A stretch of 63,452 bases of DNA, counting the filler, from Octopus bimaculoides (lineage: Eukaryota), in the NCBI RefSeq assembly GCF_001194135.2. It is 7 parts of 7 records of this genome, joined end to end, with 100 filler letters (N's around TTAATTAATTAA, not from the genome) between each part and the next. Parts side by side here need not be neighbours in the genome. Positions count along the whole stretch, not along the records: positions 24,219 to 27,221 come from NC_069009.1; positions 27,322 to 40,699 come from NC_068986.1; 5 more parts are not named here. One strand, written 5' to 3'. Of this stretch, positions 26,612 to 40,699 are shown piece by piece (position 1 is the first letter of the stretch; each line of letters opens with the position of its first letter). The notes beneath the pieces were generated by a model. It made no database searches. It was not told the DNA's origin and saw nothing but the letters and a program-made list of their open reading frames with translations. A program made the position numbers and the translations under genes.

Positions 26612-27321
26612 CTGAGGGCTGATTGGGGGTTCTGGTAATCAGGTGTAGACGAGGGCTGAGTTGGGGTTCTGGTAATCATATGATCAAAGACACTCCAATT
26701 ATGACCATCCCTTCTTTTATTTAGACATAATGTATCTAGGATTGCATTATATAATGTATAGTACAATAGTCAGTTTTAGTGTCTATGACTGTCATTTAGC
26801 CCCAGGTCAGTCTTGATCCAGCAGACATGATCAAATATGTTCCAGTTATGACCATCCAATCAGTTTTTAGACACAGGACATCAAAGACTAGGTTATCTAA
26901 TTTATAGTATAGTACATAGTATCGGTGGTTATAGCTGTTGTTCTTTAACCCCATCGTGTCTTCTGTTCAGGCTTAGTGTAACTAGGACAGTGATATACAA
27001 TGGCTCCAGTTCATACCCAACAAAACCTAAAGTAAAAAAAATAAAGCAACCTTTATCATTTTCCTTGATTTTTCTTATCTCAAAAGTGTATATATACATA
27101 TATAAACATATGTATATATACATACATGCATACAAGTAAAAATCAGAGTAAGTTGGAATTTTATCAATTAATATATTCTTCTATACACAATCATACAAAC
27201 TCATATATATATATATATATANNNNNNNNNNNNNNNNNNNNNNNNNNNNNNNNNNNNNNNNNNNNTTAATTAATTAANNNNNNNNNNNNNNNNNNNNNNN
27301 NNNNNNNNNNNNNNNNNNNNN

Positions 27322-27393
<72 letters not shown>

Positions 27394-27944
27394 TCACACA
27401 CAGAGGCACAGAAGCACAGACCCAAGCGCATGCGTAGATAGGGATATGTACAATAGAGAGACCCGATGGAGTAAACAGGGTAAGGCCAGGAAGGAGAGGA
27501 GACAGAGTCATTGGTGAAATTACGGAATTGGTGACGAAAGAATTTTGACAAATAAACGGTAACTATTAATAATAAAGCTGAAGTGAAGGTCAAACAGTGC
27601 GTGTGTTTATTTGCAAAAGCAACCATCCCCAAATATAACAAACACATTAAAATTATATTGTAAGGTATTTGAAAATCCCAATATTTTGATCGGAAATAGT
27701 ATATATATGTGGTTTGTGAAGTTATTAACATAGGACATATAATTTATTATAATATATTATAATAAATTCTTTTCATATTCTGGATTGTTTGCACTGATGT
27801 GTGTTTCCTTCTCTCCGCACGTGTGCACACTTATACAAACATATCTTGAATTGTTTTTTGTTTAATCTATGTATTATGCTGAATTCTTGGTTGACATGTT
27901 TACACAAGAAAAATGAATATCGCTTTGAAATTCTGGCGTATGGC

Positions 27945-28140
27945 CAACAAATTCGTGGAGGGAGTAAGACGATTTCATTGACCTCAATGCTCAGCTGGTA
28001 CTTATTTTATCACACCCGAAGGAATAAAACGTAAAACTCGACCGCCGTGGAATTTAAACTCAGAACGAAAAAACAAATGAAATACCGCTAAACATATTGT
28101 CCGGCATGCTAATGGTTCTGCCAGCGCGCAGCCGTAAGAA
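27945..28140 (-). mobile_element. SINE family B, diverged
   Basis: Reverse complement has GCTGGCAGAACCATTAGCATGCCGG...TCTGAGTTTAAATTCCACGGCGGTCGAG...AAGTACCAG. Confidence 0.7.
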
Positions 28141-28203
28141 GAATAAATATTAATAGATATTAATGCTATGTGATGGTCAGTTATACAATAAATTTATATA
28201 ATA

Positions 28204-28374
28204 GGCGCAGGAGTGGATGCGTGATAAGAAGATTGCTTCCCTACCACATGGCTCCGGGTTCAGTCCCACTGCTTAGCACCTTGGGCAAGTGTCTTCTACT
28301 ATAACCTCGGGTCGACCAAAGCCTTGTGAGTAGATTTGGTAGACGGAAACTGAAAGAAGCCCGTCGTATATATA
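28204..28374 (+). mobile_element. SINE family A, 5' half
   Basis: GGCGCAGGAGTGG...GAAAGAAGCCCGTCGTATATA; ends at the central (TA)n. Confidence 0.85.
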
Positions 28375-28895
28375 CAGGGCCGTCACTATGCCCCTGCAAC
28401 CCCTGCGGTCGGTTAAGATGTTGAACAAGAATTAAACTGTCTACGTTAACTGAAAATTTCAAGAAATAAAATGGTAATACATTGAACCTGCAAAAGTTCT
28501 TGTAAAAATATTACATTGTACCACGAATGTGTACCAGACTTTGTGTATGTCTAAGATATCTATTGAACATGAACCTAGATCTCAGCTTAATTATTCTGAA
28601 CTGATCGATGATTTCGCGAAGCGAAAAGTGCGCCGTGTTTGTCGTTGAAAGTTGCCTGGATTACAAAAGTGTTCTTTTATCCAGATCCGGAGGTTTTATA
28701 AAAATTTGTAATAAACCTAAGTAAATTTAAGTCGTACTTTTAAAGATGTTCTTTAGGGGAACGTGGAATACTGAACTTCAGATAGAATAAAGCAGAATAT
28801 AGCTATGAATAAAAGGTGCGTAGATTATGAATTTTGATTGGAGGGATGGGACTTCGAAGCAACAAGTTGCAGGGGACCTCTAAAAGTCACGCGAT
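28375..28895 (+). mobile_element. Internally deleted hAT-type DNA transposon
   Basis: Starts CAGGGCCGTCACT; inverted subterminal motif CCCCTGCAAC / GTTGCAGGGG; encodes SIEHE..SQLNYSELIDDFAKRKVRRV, resembling hAT dimerisation-domain C-termini. Confidence 0.65.
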
Positions 28896-29164
28896 GGAGT
28901 TGTAGATATATATATATATATTATTCAAAAGAGTTCCAGCTCTGTCGATTTTTTATGTTTTATTTATATTCTTATAGAATTAATGTGGGATATAGAATAT
29001 GGAATATATAATATAAATAGTAAAATGAAATGAAGTATTGAATGTCTTATTGAATAAATGAAATAATGAGTATTAAATATATAAGGACTAGTATACTTTC
29101 CTTGCTTTCTAGCAGTCATCAAGGTCCCGGCTGACAGATGATATATATTTATATTTATATATAT

Positions 29165-29375
29165 GTATGTATGTATTTGTGTGTCTGTGTTTGTCCCAAC
29201 CACCATCGCTTGACAACCGATGTTGGTGTGTTTACGGTTCGACAAAAGTGTCCAATAGAATAAGTACTAGGCTTACAAAAGTAAGTCCCGGGTTCGATTA
29301 GTTCGACTAAAGGCGGTGCTCCATCATGGCCGCAGTCAAATGACTGAAACAAGTGAAAAAGTAAAAGAGAATAAA
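29165..29375 (+). mobile_element. SINE family A, 3' half
   Basis: GTGTCTGTGTTTGTCCC...CATCGCTTGACAACCGATG...GGCGGTGCTCCATCATGGCCGCAGTCAAATGACTGAAACAAG. Confidence 0.85.
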
Positions 29376-30036
29376 TTTTTTAAAAATGAACAGATTTATA
29401 TAATAAATGAAAATAAAACTCTACTTTTCATGCAAAATATGAATTTATAAATATATACAGAATGGAGCAAAACAAAATGCGTGAATATCCGATAAATTTC
29501 AAATCGAAACAAATATTTTCTGATCCATATTTTTTTTTATAGAAAACCTTCGTAGTTTATTTGCAATCACATCGTTAAATATTTTCACGCAAACATTCTG
29601 CACCAACATCGTGTCCTTCAGTAAATTTACACTACACAGGAAATGTGGCTTTATTAACTAGACATTTTCTTGTCTACCATAGTTATTACGTCTGCTACTT
29701 TCGTTCCCCCAGGCGCCATTGTAACATGATATATTATGTGGCTTTACACCCAATATTTCAACTTCCCTGTTCGATGATTTCATTATTCTCATTGACGTCC
29801 TTTTCAATGCACTTCCGGTTTAATCCTCGCCAACTTGGCCATTCTTTTATCGGCATTTATTGTGTATTTTTTATAGATTTCTTTGTTGTTTCTCGATGTC
29901 AATGTTTCCTGTATTATGCTTGTTGCATCATCACTGTTCATTTTGCGCACATTGCACTGGTAATACATACATACATACATAAATACATTCCTACACACAT
30001 ATATATACATATATATATATATACATACATTCCTAC

Positions 30037-30109
<73 letters not shown>

Positions 30110-30140
30110 AATGCATATCTATGTATAATATATACATGCA

Positions 30141-30189
<49 letters not shown>

Positions 30190-30275
30190 GTCTGTCTGTC
30201 TGTCTGTCTGTCTGTCGGTCGGTCTTTCTGTCTCTCTCTCTCTCTTCCCTCTCTCTCTCTCGCTCTCTCTTTCTA

Positions 30276-30318
<43 letters not shown>

Positions 30319-30367
30319 TGGCATTCGTATGAGTATTGTTTACGTAGCGCGCGTGAGTGCGTGCGTG

Positions 30368-30406
<39 letters not shown>

Positions 30407-31087
30407 GCGCGCGCATGTATGTGTGTATGCGTTTGTGCATGTGTGTGTGTATGTGTGTATGTGTGTGTGTGTGCATGTGTGCGTGTGTATGTATGCATAC
30501 ATGCGTGCATAATCATAAGCCGGTGACTGAAACGGAACGCAAAAAAGGAGAGATACGCGCATACGTAGTCACACATAGACACACATACGCACACACACAT
30601 ATACACACATGCATAGACGCATATACGCACACACATCTACACACATACACAAGCACATACGCACTCATATACACCGCTGGAAATCTATAAACTGCTGATA
30701 TACACGCACCTACAGACACGCACGCATGCTCACCGTGTCGTCGTAGTTAGCATCCACCGTGAACAGACAAGGAGTCTACATAGGTGGAGCCACAAGTATT
30801 ACGATAGTTAAACGTAACATTAGAGAGGTCTTTGCTAAGTAGCTGTGATGGTGGCTCTGCCAGGTTTCCGCTGTTTGTAAACACGGACCAGATTGAGAAG
30901 CCATGTCATTCTCCTCTCTATAATAGCTTTATCAGCTCACGGGATCTTTTTGGTATAGCTGCCACAGTTGATTGTCATGGTTCCAGTCACTGAATCTTTC
31001 CATCACTACCCCCTCCCCACCACCACACACCTCAGATCATTGTACGCTTGTCCCCACTCTCATTCAACCTCACATACACATGTGTAT

Positions 31088-31133
<46 letters not shown>

Positions 31134-31411
31134 ACACACACACGGCACGAATTCATCGGGGTACTCATAACGTACAGGTTTATAAACACACGCAACACAA
31201 TACTCAGAAGCAGTCACACACAAGCAAGTGCGCATACACACACTCACACACACACACACATACACATATATACATATATGTATATATGTATATCTATATA
31301 TATACATATATATATACATATATACATATATGTATATACCTATATCTATATATATATACATACATATATTTAAATATATATACATATACATACATATATA
31401 TATATACATAT

Positions 31412-31466
<55 letters not shown>

Positions 31467-31479
31467 CCTGATTTTTCTT

Positions 31480-31920
31480 TCTTGGTTCGACCGTCGTCCG
31501 TGCAACATCTATATTCCTCCATGTACCTGTGAAATCTTGTATCCCTGTCGTAAGGCTCTATTACCACACACGCCAGGTTAATTTAATTCGTCCTTAGTCG
31601 AAAGAAACCTGTTGTTATGTCCTGTTATTTGTATTTGTGTAACATTCTCCGTTCTTTTCCGTCCTTGTTTTGGTATACGTTCGCTGCTTTCTTCCAAGGG
31701 ATCTAATGCTCTTAGCTTAGTTTTTCCTTGGGGCTGGTCAGATTGGAGCAATCTCGAGAATAACCAACCGAAATTGCAAAGATAATCTGGAACTCGACTG
31801 AGGAAAGAAAACTCCGAATGACCCGTCCTTGTTTTCTTTGTATCGACTATCAGGGTGTTTTGTTGTCCCTTTCTTGTATCACCTGTCTGGATGTTTTGCG
31901 TTCTTGTCCCGTTTTGTATT
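31480..31920 (+). repeat. Probable Penelope-related non-coding repeat fragment
   Basis: T-rich non-coding segment with a CTGAGGA...CCGAAT...CCGTC degenerate hammerhead-like string at about 31798-31826; class is inferred. Confidence 0.35.
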
Positions 31921-32039
31921 TTATATATATATATATAGAAGGACTTTCGAACCGACAAGCGAATACTTCATATTCACTCGACACACACACACACATACAC
32001 ACACATGTACACCCAAAGACAGGAGAGTTGTATTGAAAA

Positions 32040-32460
32040 TAACGCGTGTCTTTGTTGGCGTCCAACGCTTCCAGCATATCAGAGCAAACTTCTTCCTTTC
32101 TCTTCTTTAAATCCGTTGTAAACTCCCGTCGTATTCCCTTTGTACAAATCTTCCAACACTCAAAGATTTCCACCATCTTTTGTAATGCAGAACAACCCCA
32201 GTCCAGTCGTGCCACTAGCTCACGGGTTGTGATTCTTTTGTCCACTCGTTGATGATTCATGCCAATGGTCACAGTTGATGGCCTCTCATAGCATGGATTG
32301 TCTTTAATGCTGCTTTCCCGTGCTTTAAATTTCATTCATCCCTCGGTGAACATTGCTCTTATCAATGATGTCATCTTAGTAAACAGACCATAACTTTCTG
32401 TGGATGTCGGAGAATCTACGCCTCCTTCGTTAAGGACTCAATGATGACATGTTGATTCTG
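32040..32460 (-). mobile_element. Decayed mariner transposase, N-terminal HTH region
   Basis: KFKARESSIKDNPCYERPSTV...DKRITTRELVARL...WKIC...RREFTTDLKKRKEEVC fits the mariner F..G..S..D..RSGRP....DRR.T.RE.A..L pattern. Confidence 0.7.
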
Positions 32461-33585
32461 CTTGGAACCTGTTATATACCTGCGATGAAGAACAAGAAGA
32501 GTTACGAAAGAAGAGTTACTTTACCAACATTTGCAATTTGAACGAACGACTCATGTCACTTAGCAACAAAGAGATGCCCACTTTCCGTACAACTTACCTG
32601 TGTGTGTGTGTGTGTGGTAAAATTTATGGCATCCTTTTTACAATAACTGTACAATTTGAACCTTGAAAAGAAAAGGAAATGAAATTCTCCTACCACCGAT
32701 TTTCTCTCTGCGAGCGGAGAAACTGGGTTAAATGCGAACAGCTACTATTCTTAGACTTTCACCAGAAAAGGAACACCTGCCTTTTAGCAATAAAGAAATT
32801 TGTAGCTACTCAGCTATTTGAAACGTACACCCACACGTACCCAGCTAAGCTATACCGTGGTGCCTATTTTTTGCTCTTGACTTCCTTGTTATAGGATAAG
32901 ATATGCGTCAACGTAATCTGTTTCTAAAAGACTACAAGAATACAAGTACTCTCATGCATGGAAATATCAATATTTTCAACATTCACCGTGCATTATATAA
33001 GCAAAAACACAGGGAAACACAGGAGAAACACAAGAGAAACACAAGGAAAGGAATAAGAACGCAGTGATATCATAGCAAGGTTCATATTTATCATAAAAGA
33101 TATTGATCATTGGTTATACAACGGGAGTTTCAGGGATGAAGAGGAAAACTCTCTTCTGACCTATAGATCATCATGATCGACTTCTGTTTCAGAGGAGAAG
33201 AACGCTTCCATAATTGTTCGATATCTACGCTGGGCCATTTCTTTTTACAGCTTAGAGTAAGACATTTTTTTGTAAATTTTTTTTTATGTTACATCTACCA
33301 ATTGGATCGGTTTTGCAAAGACTTAGAAACGTTTCTATGGCAGTACCAATCCATTAACCATATTCTTTACAGTCCAAGATGGAGTGGTTCGAGCTTCTTT
33401 TCTTGATGATGCTTTCTCATATTTTGCTATTTGTGTAAGGAATTTCTATAGAGGTGAGTTGAGAGACAAGGTCCAGTTTTGGCGTAGGCGTTTTGGCGCA
33501 GGCGTTTTGGCGTCGCTTATTTAGCGTTACTGATTCGACGCTGACTTATTTGTTACGTTTTAAAGTCTCTCTCATTCTTCTCTCC

Positions 33586-33621
<36 letters not shown>

Positions 33622-33927
33622 TTATGCGTGTAAGCAGTTACTCATGTTTGTGTGTATGTATAATGTCACTCTCTCTCCTCTCACTTGCTCTCACTCTCTC
33701 TGTCGGTATGTGTATATTTCTGCGGGCGCGTGCATGCGTGTGAGTGTGTTTGCCTCCAGTGTGTGTTTGTGTTTGTGAGTGTGTGAGTGTGTATGTGTTT
33801 GGGTGTGTGTTTGCGTGTGTGTGTGTTTGTATGTGTGTGTGTTTATGTGTGTGTGTGTTAGTGTGTGTGTGTTTGTGTGTATGTTTGTGTGTGATTGTGT
33901 GTGTATTTATGTGTGTGTATACATGCG

Positions 33928-33971
<44 letters not shown>

Positions 33972-34256
33972 TCCCCTTCAGACGAGAAACTTGATTATTT
34001 ATGTGTGAATCCCACTGAAACCAAAGCTGGATGATCCACCAGATATTCAGATTATCCTCGGGGACCAACCTAACCCTTTTACTCTATGCAAACCACAATT
34101 CTATCCTTTATCGGCCGCATTTACTCCGGTGAAAAAGCTTTGCTTAACCTTCTCTGCTTTCGTCGATTACTGAAGACTTTGATAAGCGCCATTATATAAA
34201 CGAATCGAGAACGGTGCGGCTGCTTCCAACCCCACAAATAGTTTATTGGCACCCGA

Positions 34257-34311
<55 letters not shown>

Positions 34312-34352
34312 TTATCTATCTATTTATCTCTCTCTCTCTCTATCTCTCTATC

Positions 34353-34392
<40 letters not shown>

Positions 34393-35222
34393 CATACCTG
34401 CCTACCTGTCTGTCTGTCCTTATATCTGTTTTTGTTCCCCCCAAATCATCCAATTATATTCCCCCACCTCTACCCCNNNNNNNNNNNNNNNNNNNNNNNN
34501 NNNNNNNNNNNNNNNNNNNNNNNNNNNNNNNNNNNNNNNNNNNNNNNNNNNNNNNNGTGCCAACAAACACCTTCTCTCACCTCTTCCCCCCCCCGTCTCT
34601 TACTCCTGAGAGCAACCACCCAAACACATAACCATCCTACCGGTCCCACTTCCAGAAGTTTCTATGTCAAGAAGAGAAGCCGAAGACGACATCCATGTTT
34701 GCTGAAGTCACAAACCAACAATGACTGTTGTATTGCAGTTTGGTGTGAACGGAATGTCGCCACCCCGACCGCACCTCCATCACCCCGACCGCACCTCCAT
34801 CGCACGCCCTTCCCCCTCCTTTTCTTCACTCACCGCTCGTTCTAGCTTCCCCTTCGCTCCCCCGTGGGCCTCTTATCTATACACTTCCCCACTAAATCAT
34901 ACGCGTATGTGTATTTCTGTATATGTAAAAGGGCTTGCAGGCACATACATACATACTTGTGCACACGCATACAAACCCAACTACATACACACAAACACAC
35001 ACACACATACACACACAAACACACAAGTGTACATATATATATCGTCACATATACACATTCAGACATTCATATAATAGGCATATTATCTGCTGTGTGTTTG
35101 TACGCTGACATATACGCCGGCACATATCCATACATACCTGTGTATACCCGTGTGTACATCCATGCAATATACATATATACACATCTATACACAACCAGCT
35201 GAAATAATACATGTATGCACAC

Positions 35223-35296
<74 letters not shown>

Positions 35297-35380
35297 ATAT
35301 TCATGCATGTATACTCTCCGCATATTACACACGTTCGCTCAGTATATATGCATGTATGATTGTATGTATATATGCATGTC

Positions 35381-35412
<32 letters not shown>

Positions 35413-35414
35413 CG

Positions 35415-35461
<47 letters not shown>

Positions 35462-35591
35462 AACTCTAATTTAATCTAATGTATGTATGTATGTATGTAC
35501 ATAAGTATATATCTCTCTGTATGTATGTCTGTAGGAATGCATACGTGTGTGTATAGGTATATATGTGTCTGTACACGTGTCTGTATATAAA

Positions 35592-35692
<101 letters not shown>

Positions 35693-36319
35693 ATATATAC
35701 GCACACACACAGGGTGTTAAAAAATAACTGTCCTGATGGGTGTGGGCGAGGATGTAATAAGCGGGGAGCGAAGGTTTAGATATGTCTTTGATGTTAGTGG
35801 GGGGTAGGATAACACATGGTAACAGCAGCAGCAGATAGGTGGATAGACAGATAGGCAGATAGATAGGTGGCGGTAGTGGTGGCGGCGGCGGCGGTGGTGG
35901 TGGTGTGAGTAGGTACGTGCGTTTATAATAGGAGACGAGGTAGGAACATTGGGAGAAAGGTAGGAAGATAGGTAAATAGATAGATACAGAGAGAGAGAGA
36001 GGGGGTAGAGGGAGATATAGAAAGAAAGAATGAGAGGGGACGATAGATAGATAGATAGATAGATAGAGAGAGAGTGAGGGGTAGAGATAGATGGAGAGAG
36101 AGAGAGGGGGAGAGAGAAAGAGAGGGAGAGAAAGAGAAACATCATACACATACAAACACACAAACACACTTGAGTGTATATGCGTGTGCGTGCGTGTGTT
36201 TGTGTATGTGTACATGTATGTATGTATATATGTATGTGCGTGTGTATGTGTATATATATATGTGTGTGTATATATGTATGTGTGTATATGTGTATATATA
36301 TGCATGTATATATGTATGC

Positions 36320-36363
<44 letters not shown>

Positions 36364-36558
36364 ATATGTATAAATGCATGTATGCACGTATGCGTGCATA
36401 TGTGTGTGTGTGTGTGTGTGTATGTATGTTTGTATGTATATATGTATGTGTGTGTATGTGTATATGTATGTATATGTGTATGTATGTGTATGTATACATG
36501 TATAAATGCACGTATGTATGTATGTGTGTGTGTGTGTGAATGTGTATATGTATGTACG

Positions 36559-36598
<40 letters not shown>

Positions 36599-36956
36599 GG
36601 TAGACAAACAGACAGACTGATAGACCGCAAGTTAGATGAATAGATAAATAAAGGTTCATTCTGCATTGCACTCCCTCACCCCTCTAACGACCCCCACCAA
36701 CTTCAGGTAGAGGTTGGCATTCAGGTATTTCCTATTCACTACAAGTTTATGTATGTTTAATATATTTACATATTATGTATACTCACACACATACATACAC
36801 ACACACACACACATACTTTCTCTCACGCACACACAAATAGTATATATATATATGTGTGTGTGTATGTGTGTGTGTATGTGTGTGTGTATGTGTGTGTGTG
36901 TGTGTGTGTGCACATGTGCGTCACGCATCCATTTCCAAGTAACTTTTATCTTATAA

Positions 36957-36989
<33 letters not shown>

Positions 36990-38671
36990 NNNNNNNNNNN
37001 NNNNNNNNNNNNNNNNNNNNNNNNNNNNNNNNNNNNNNNNNNNNNNNNNNNNNNNNNNNNNNNNNNNNNNNNNNNNNNNNNNNNNNNNNNNNNNNNNNNN
37101 NNNNNNNNNNNNNNNNNNNNNNNNNNNNNNNNNNNNNNNNNNNNNNNNNNNNNNNNNNNNNNNNNNNNNNNNNNNNNNNNNNNNNNNNNNNNNNNNNNNN
37201 NNNNNNNNNNNNNNNNNNNNNNNNNNNNNNNNNNNNNNNNNNNNNNNNNNNNNNNNNNNNNNNNNNNNNNNNNNNNNNNNNNNNNNNNNNNNNNNNNNNN
37301 NNNNNNNNNNNNNNNNNNNNNNNNNNNNNNNNNNNNNNNNNNNNNNNNNNNNNNNNNNNNNNNNNNNNNNNNNNNNNNNNNNNNNNNNNNNNNNNNNNNN
37401 NNNNNNNNNNNNNNNNNNNNNNNNNNNNNNNNNNNNNNNNNNNNNNNNNNNNNNNNNNNNNNNNNNNNNNNNNNNNNNNNNNNNNNNNNNNNNNNNNNNN
37501 NNNNNNNNNNNNNNNNNNNNNNNNNNNNNNNNNNNNNNNNNNNNNNNNNNNNNNNNNNNNNNNNNNNNNNNNNNNNNNNNNNNNNNNNNNNNNNNNNNNN
37601 NTATATATATATATATATATGGGAGAATATACAAATAATAACAACAGACGAGGACAGGTGGTGTAAATAACAAAAGTATATATTATATATATACATATAC
37701 ATATATATATATCAATATCAATATTTATTTTTCACACAACCAGAGAATAAAGCAATTCACACTCGCATATATAGTTTTTGCTGGTGATAACAGATAGTTC
37801 TCATGCCAATCGTAGGGCAAAAATGTAAACATGATTTTCAGGAAAAAAGCACATTACAAGGAGTCACACTGGTACCACTGCCTGTTCAGTGTTTATGGTA
37901 AAAGACTGTTGGAAAGTCTTGAAAACGAACCAAAAATGGAGGGAAATTACATGGCCATCTATGTATCATACTTAATGTATATACACTGTCGGTCGGCCAG
38001 TTAGTGCGCTATTTGTCCTGTCTTTTATGGACGTGCTATGTTAAAAAATACAATAAATATCAGAGGGATACGAAAATTTATCCCAACCAACGAAAGCACC
38101 AGATCCTTTTCATCGTTTTTGGGCTTCTTCAATGACGCATAAGTGATTCAAACTATCACTGATGCTGCGAACAGCCACCCGGCGAAATCAAAATCCAGTT
38201 TATGCAATTGTATTTTAATTCAAAACTACCTTAAGTGAGTATACTAGAAAATTTATATGTAAGATTATCAGTTACAGAACTTGTCATTCGTGCTGTATTT
38301 AGTCGATGTCTATAACCGTCTAAATGCTATTATCCTAATGGATGCTTTCACTTTGTCATGAAATATTACTGCAAACCTAAAATGTCTGAATGGCAAAGAT
38401 GAATTCTTGTTGATATAGTTATTGCTTATTGAACTATTATCATCAACCGTACAGTTGAAACACTAATCATTGTGTTTTCAGCTATACAACGTTTCGATGT
38501 CTGACTATCACCATATGCACATGTCACTAGACTCGATACGAACCAGATCTATAAGTTCTTGGCATAACTAATTACAGCTGCACTTTTATCCATTCGGCCA
38601 ATGAGAAATGTATATTAAATATTACATATTTATTTACGTCATAAGGATTTAGAACTTTGAAAGACTTGAAA

Positions 38672-38965
38672 TAAATCACGTGTTAAGGTCATTTCTACAG
38701 ATTTTCCATTGAAAATCTATAGAAAATCTGTAGAAAATCTGTAGAAAATTTGTAGAAAATCTGTAGAAAATTTGTAGAAAATCTGTAGAAAATCTATAGA
38801 AAATTTGTAGAAAATCTGTAGAAAACCTGTAGAAAATTTGTAGAAAATCCGTACAAAGTTTGTAGAAATTTTGTAGAAAATCTGTAGAAAATTTATAGAA
38901 AATCTGTAGAAAATCTGTAGAAAATTTGTAGAAAATTTATTGCGATGACCTTAACAAGTGATTTA
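38672..38965. mobile_element. MITE-like element: 21-bp terminal inverted repeats around an 11-bp minisatellite
   Basis: TAAATCACGTGTTAAGGTCAT ... ATGACCTTAACAAGTGATTTA (1 mismatch); about 20 AGAAAAT(C/T)T(G/A)T units inside. Confidence 0.75.
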
Positions 38966-40379
38966 AGTGCACTGCTAACACAGTAGTACAGTTTTGTCTT
39001 ATAGAAATGTTTCATATATTTTGTAGTGTGTTATAGTTGCATAACGAGATACCGTGTGCCTACAAGTGGAATAAATCGTTTTTAACAATTTCTTTAATTT
39101 GTCGTTATAAATTATAACGTGTAAATATTGGGTAAAAAACCTTTTGAGTACAAAAAGATTTTATATCACTTCAAGTTCCACATCTAAAAACGATTCATTA
39201 TATTTTTGATTTATTTAAACTTACATGTCATTAGACCCTAGGTTTATTGTTTGGGTCTTCATCAATTATTATTAAATATACAGCTTCTTTGATTGTTCTA
39301 AGTGTCCACTGTAGTTGTCTACCAATCATGACGCTCGCCGGAAGCAACAATCGACTGATAGGTTTTTATGGTTGGCGAAAAGAAAACCCAAGCTTACAAC
39401 CAGTGGCTTCCACTTAAACTATAACTTTCATCGTCTTTACAGAGTTAAGTGGCAAATGTTTTGAGGAAATCAGAACGTCTGTGAATTGAAGATTCCTTAC
39501 CACTGGATTCAGACTATGAACGAGTTTCACCGCCCATAACCATTTCAAGGCAGGAATTGCCAAAAACCAACACCGTTGGGCACCACATACAACAATATAT
39601 CGGTTTATACAAAAGAAATGAATTATCTGAAGAATATATTTCTGAATAAGAAACACCCAACCAAATACCCGACATAAAAAGCCACAAACACCTTTAAGTA
39701 CAAAGTAAAGGTCAAACAAAATTCTGGTCTCTTACCGTAAGGGATTGTTTAGAAATATTCAGGGAATCTGACACATAAAATATCAGAAATGTAATATCAT
39801 ACTTTGAAGGTTTCCCATGAAAGTAAATGCGACTGAAGAGTGGTTAGAACTTAAGAACTCTATGTATAAAATCTCATGTATTTGCAGAAGGTCTTATATA
39901 TGAGAAACTTGGATGTTTCTAAATGTCAGACTATCGAGGAGGTTTTAATGAGAAGAGAAACATCTAGAACAAGAACGGCGGAACATATGTGATACGAAAA
40001 GATCATATATCGTAAAGGAATGATATTTTCATAATTGATAGAAAGTCAGGTTATTTACTCACCCCATCTCCACCTCAACTCCCAAACCCTGAAATATTTG
40101 AAGCTAACTGAATGGTCGGCCATCCGCCAGTTCTAAACTATCTCTGTCAGCAGCTGTGCTTCAATCCTAATCCATCAGAATCCGTTAGACAGGTGAGTGA
40201 AGCCATAATCTTAAGCCTGTACTTCCACATCTCAGTCGTGACCGTCTGTAAACGGTCATGGGTTCTGAGTAAAGAAATAAATAAAATAAAAATAAGAAAA
40301 CTAAACTTAAAAACTGGTCAATTTTGGGGACAGAACACGTATACATGCATGTATATATATCCATGCGTAGCATACATAT

Positions 40380-40480
40380 TAGTATATATATGTATATATG
40401 TACATGTATTTTTATTTATTTATTTATTTATTTATGTGTTTCAGCCAAGTGGCTGCGGTCATGCTGGTGCACCACCGTGA
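40380..40480 (-). mobile_element. 3' tip of SINE family A
   Basis: GTTTCAGCCAAGTGGCTGCGGTCATGCTGGTGCACCACC is a diverged reverse complement of the family A 3' end. Confidence 0.55.
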
Positions 40481-40529
40481 TTTTCACGTTCCTTGCATGG
40501 CTCTTCTCCCCCACCTGACATGGTCCAAT

Positions 40530-40699
40530 CAAGAGTTTTGATGGCACATCTGGTGTATAAGAGAATTTGACACAGCTGCCCTAAACTGCGTCTCATTACG
40601 AGCCATTGGTTCGTCTGGTATCTTGGAGAGGAAAGCGTCAAGTTTTGTCTTGAAGACCTCCGCATCCATGTCTTGCATGTCTCTCAAATGTTTTGGCAG
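40530..40699 (-). mobile_element. CR1-type LINE 3' coding end
   Basis: Minus translation LPKHLRDMQDMDAEVFKTKLDAFLSKIPDEP...RAAVSNSL. Confidence 0.75.

Noticed and set aside
27490-27650. Minus-strand HTHCLTFTSALLLIVTVYLSKF, faintly like GPR158 TM7
   Set aside because: Spacing differs, the PK motif is missing, there are no convincing splice sites and the context is AT-rich; probably chance.
31790-31830. Fourth hammerhead-like string CTGAGGA...CCGAAT...CCGTC
   Set aside because: GAAA is broken and helix I cannot be formed in this copy; too decayed to count.
38710-38938. CRISPR-like appearance of the 11-bp array
   Set aside because: No spacers, and the context is eukaryotic; a simple tandem minisatellite.
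39490-39640. Minus-strand INRYIVVC (class A DRY-like) with a downstream GTAAG
   Set aside because: Flanking residues do not form TM3/TM4 and no partner exons were found.
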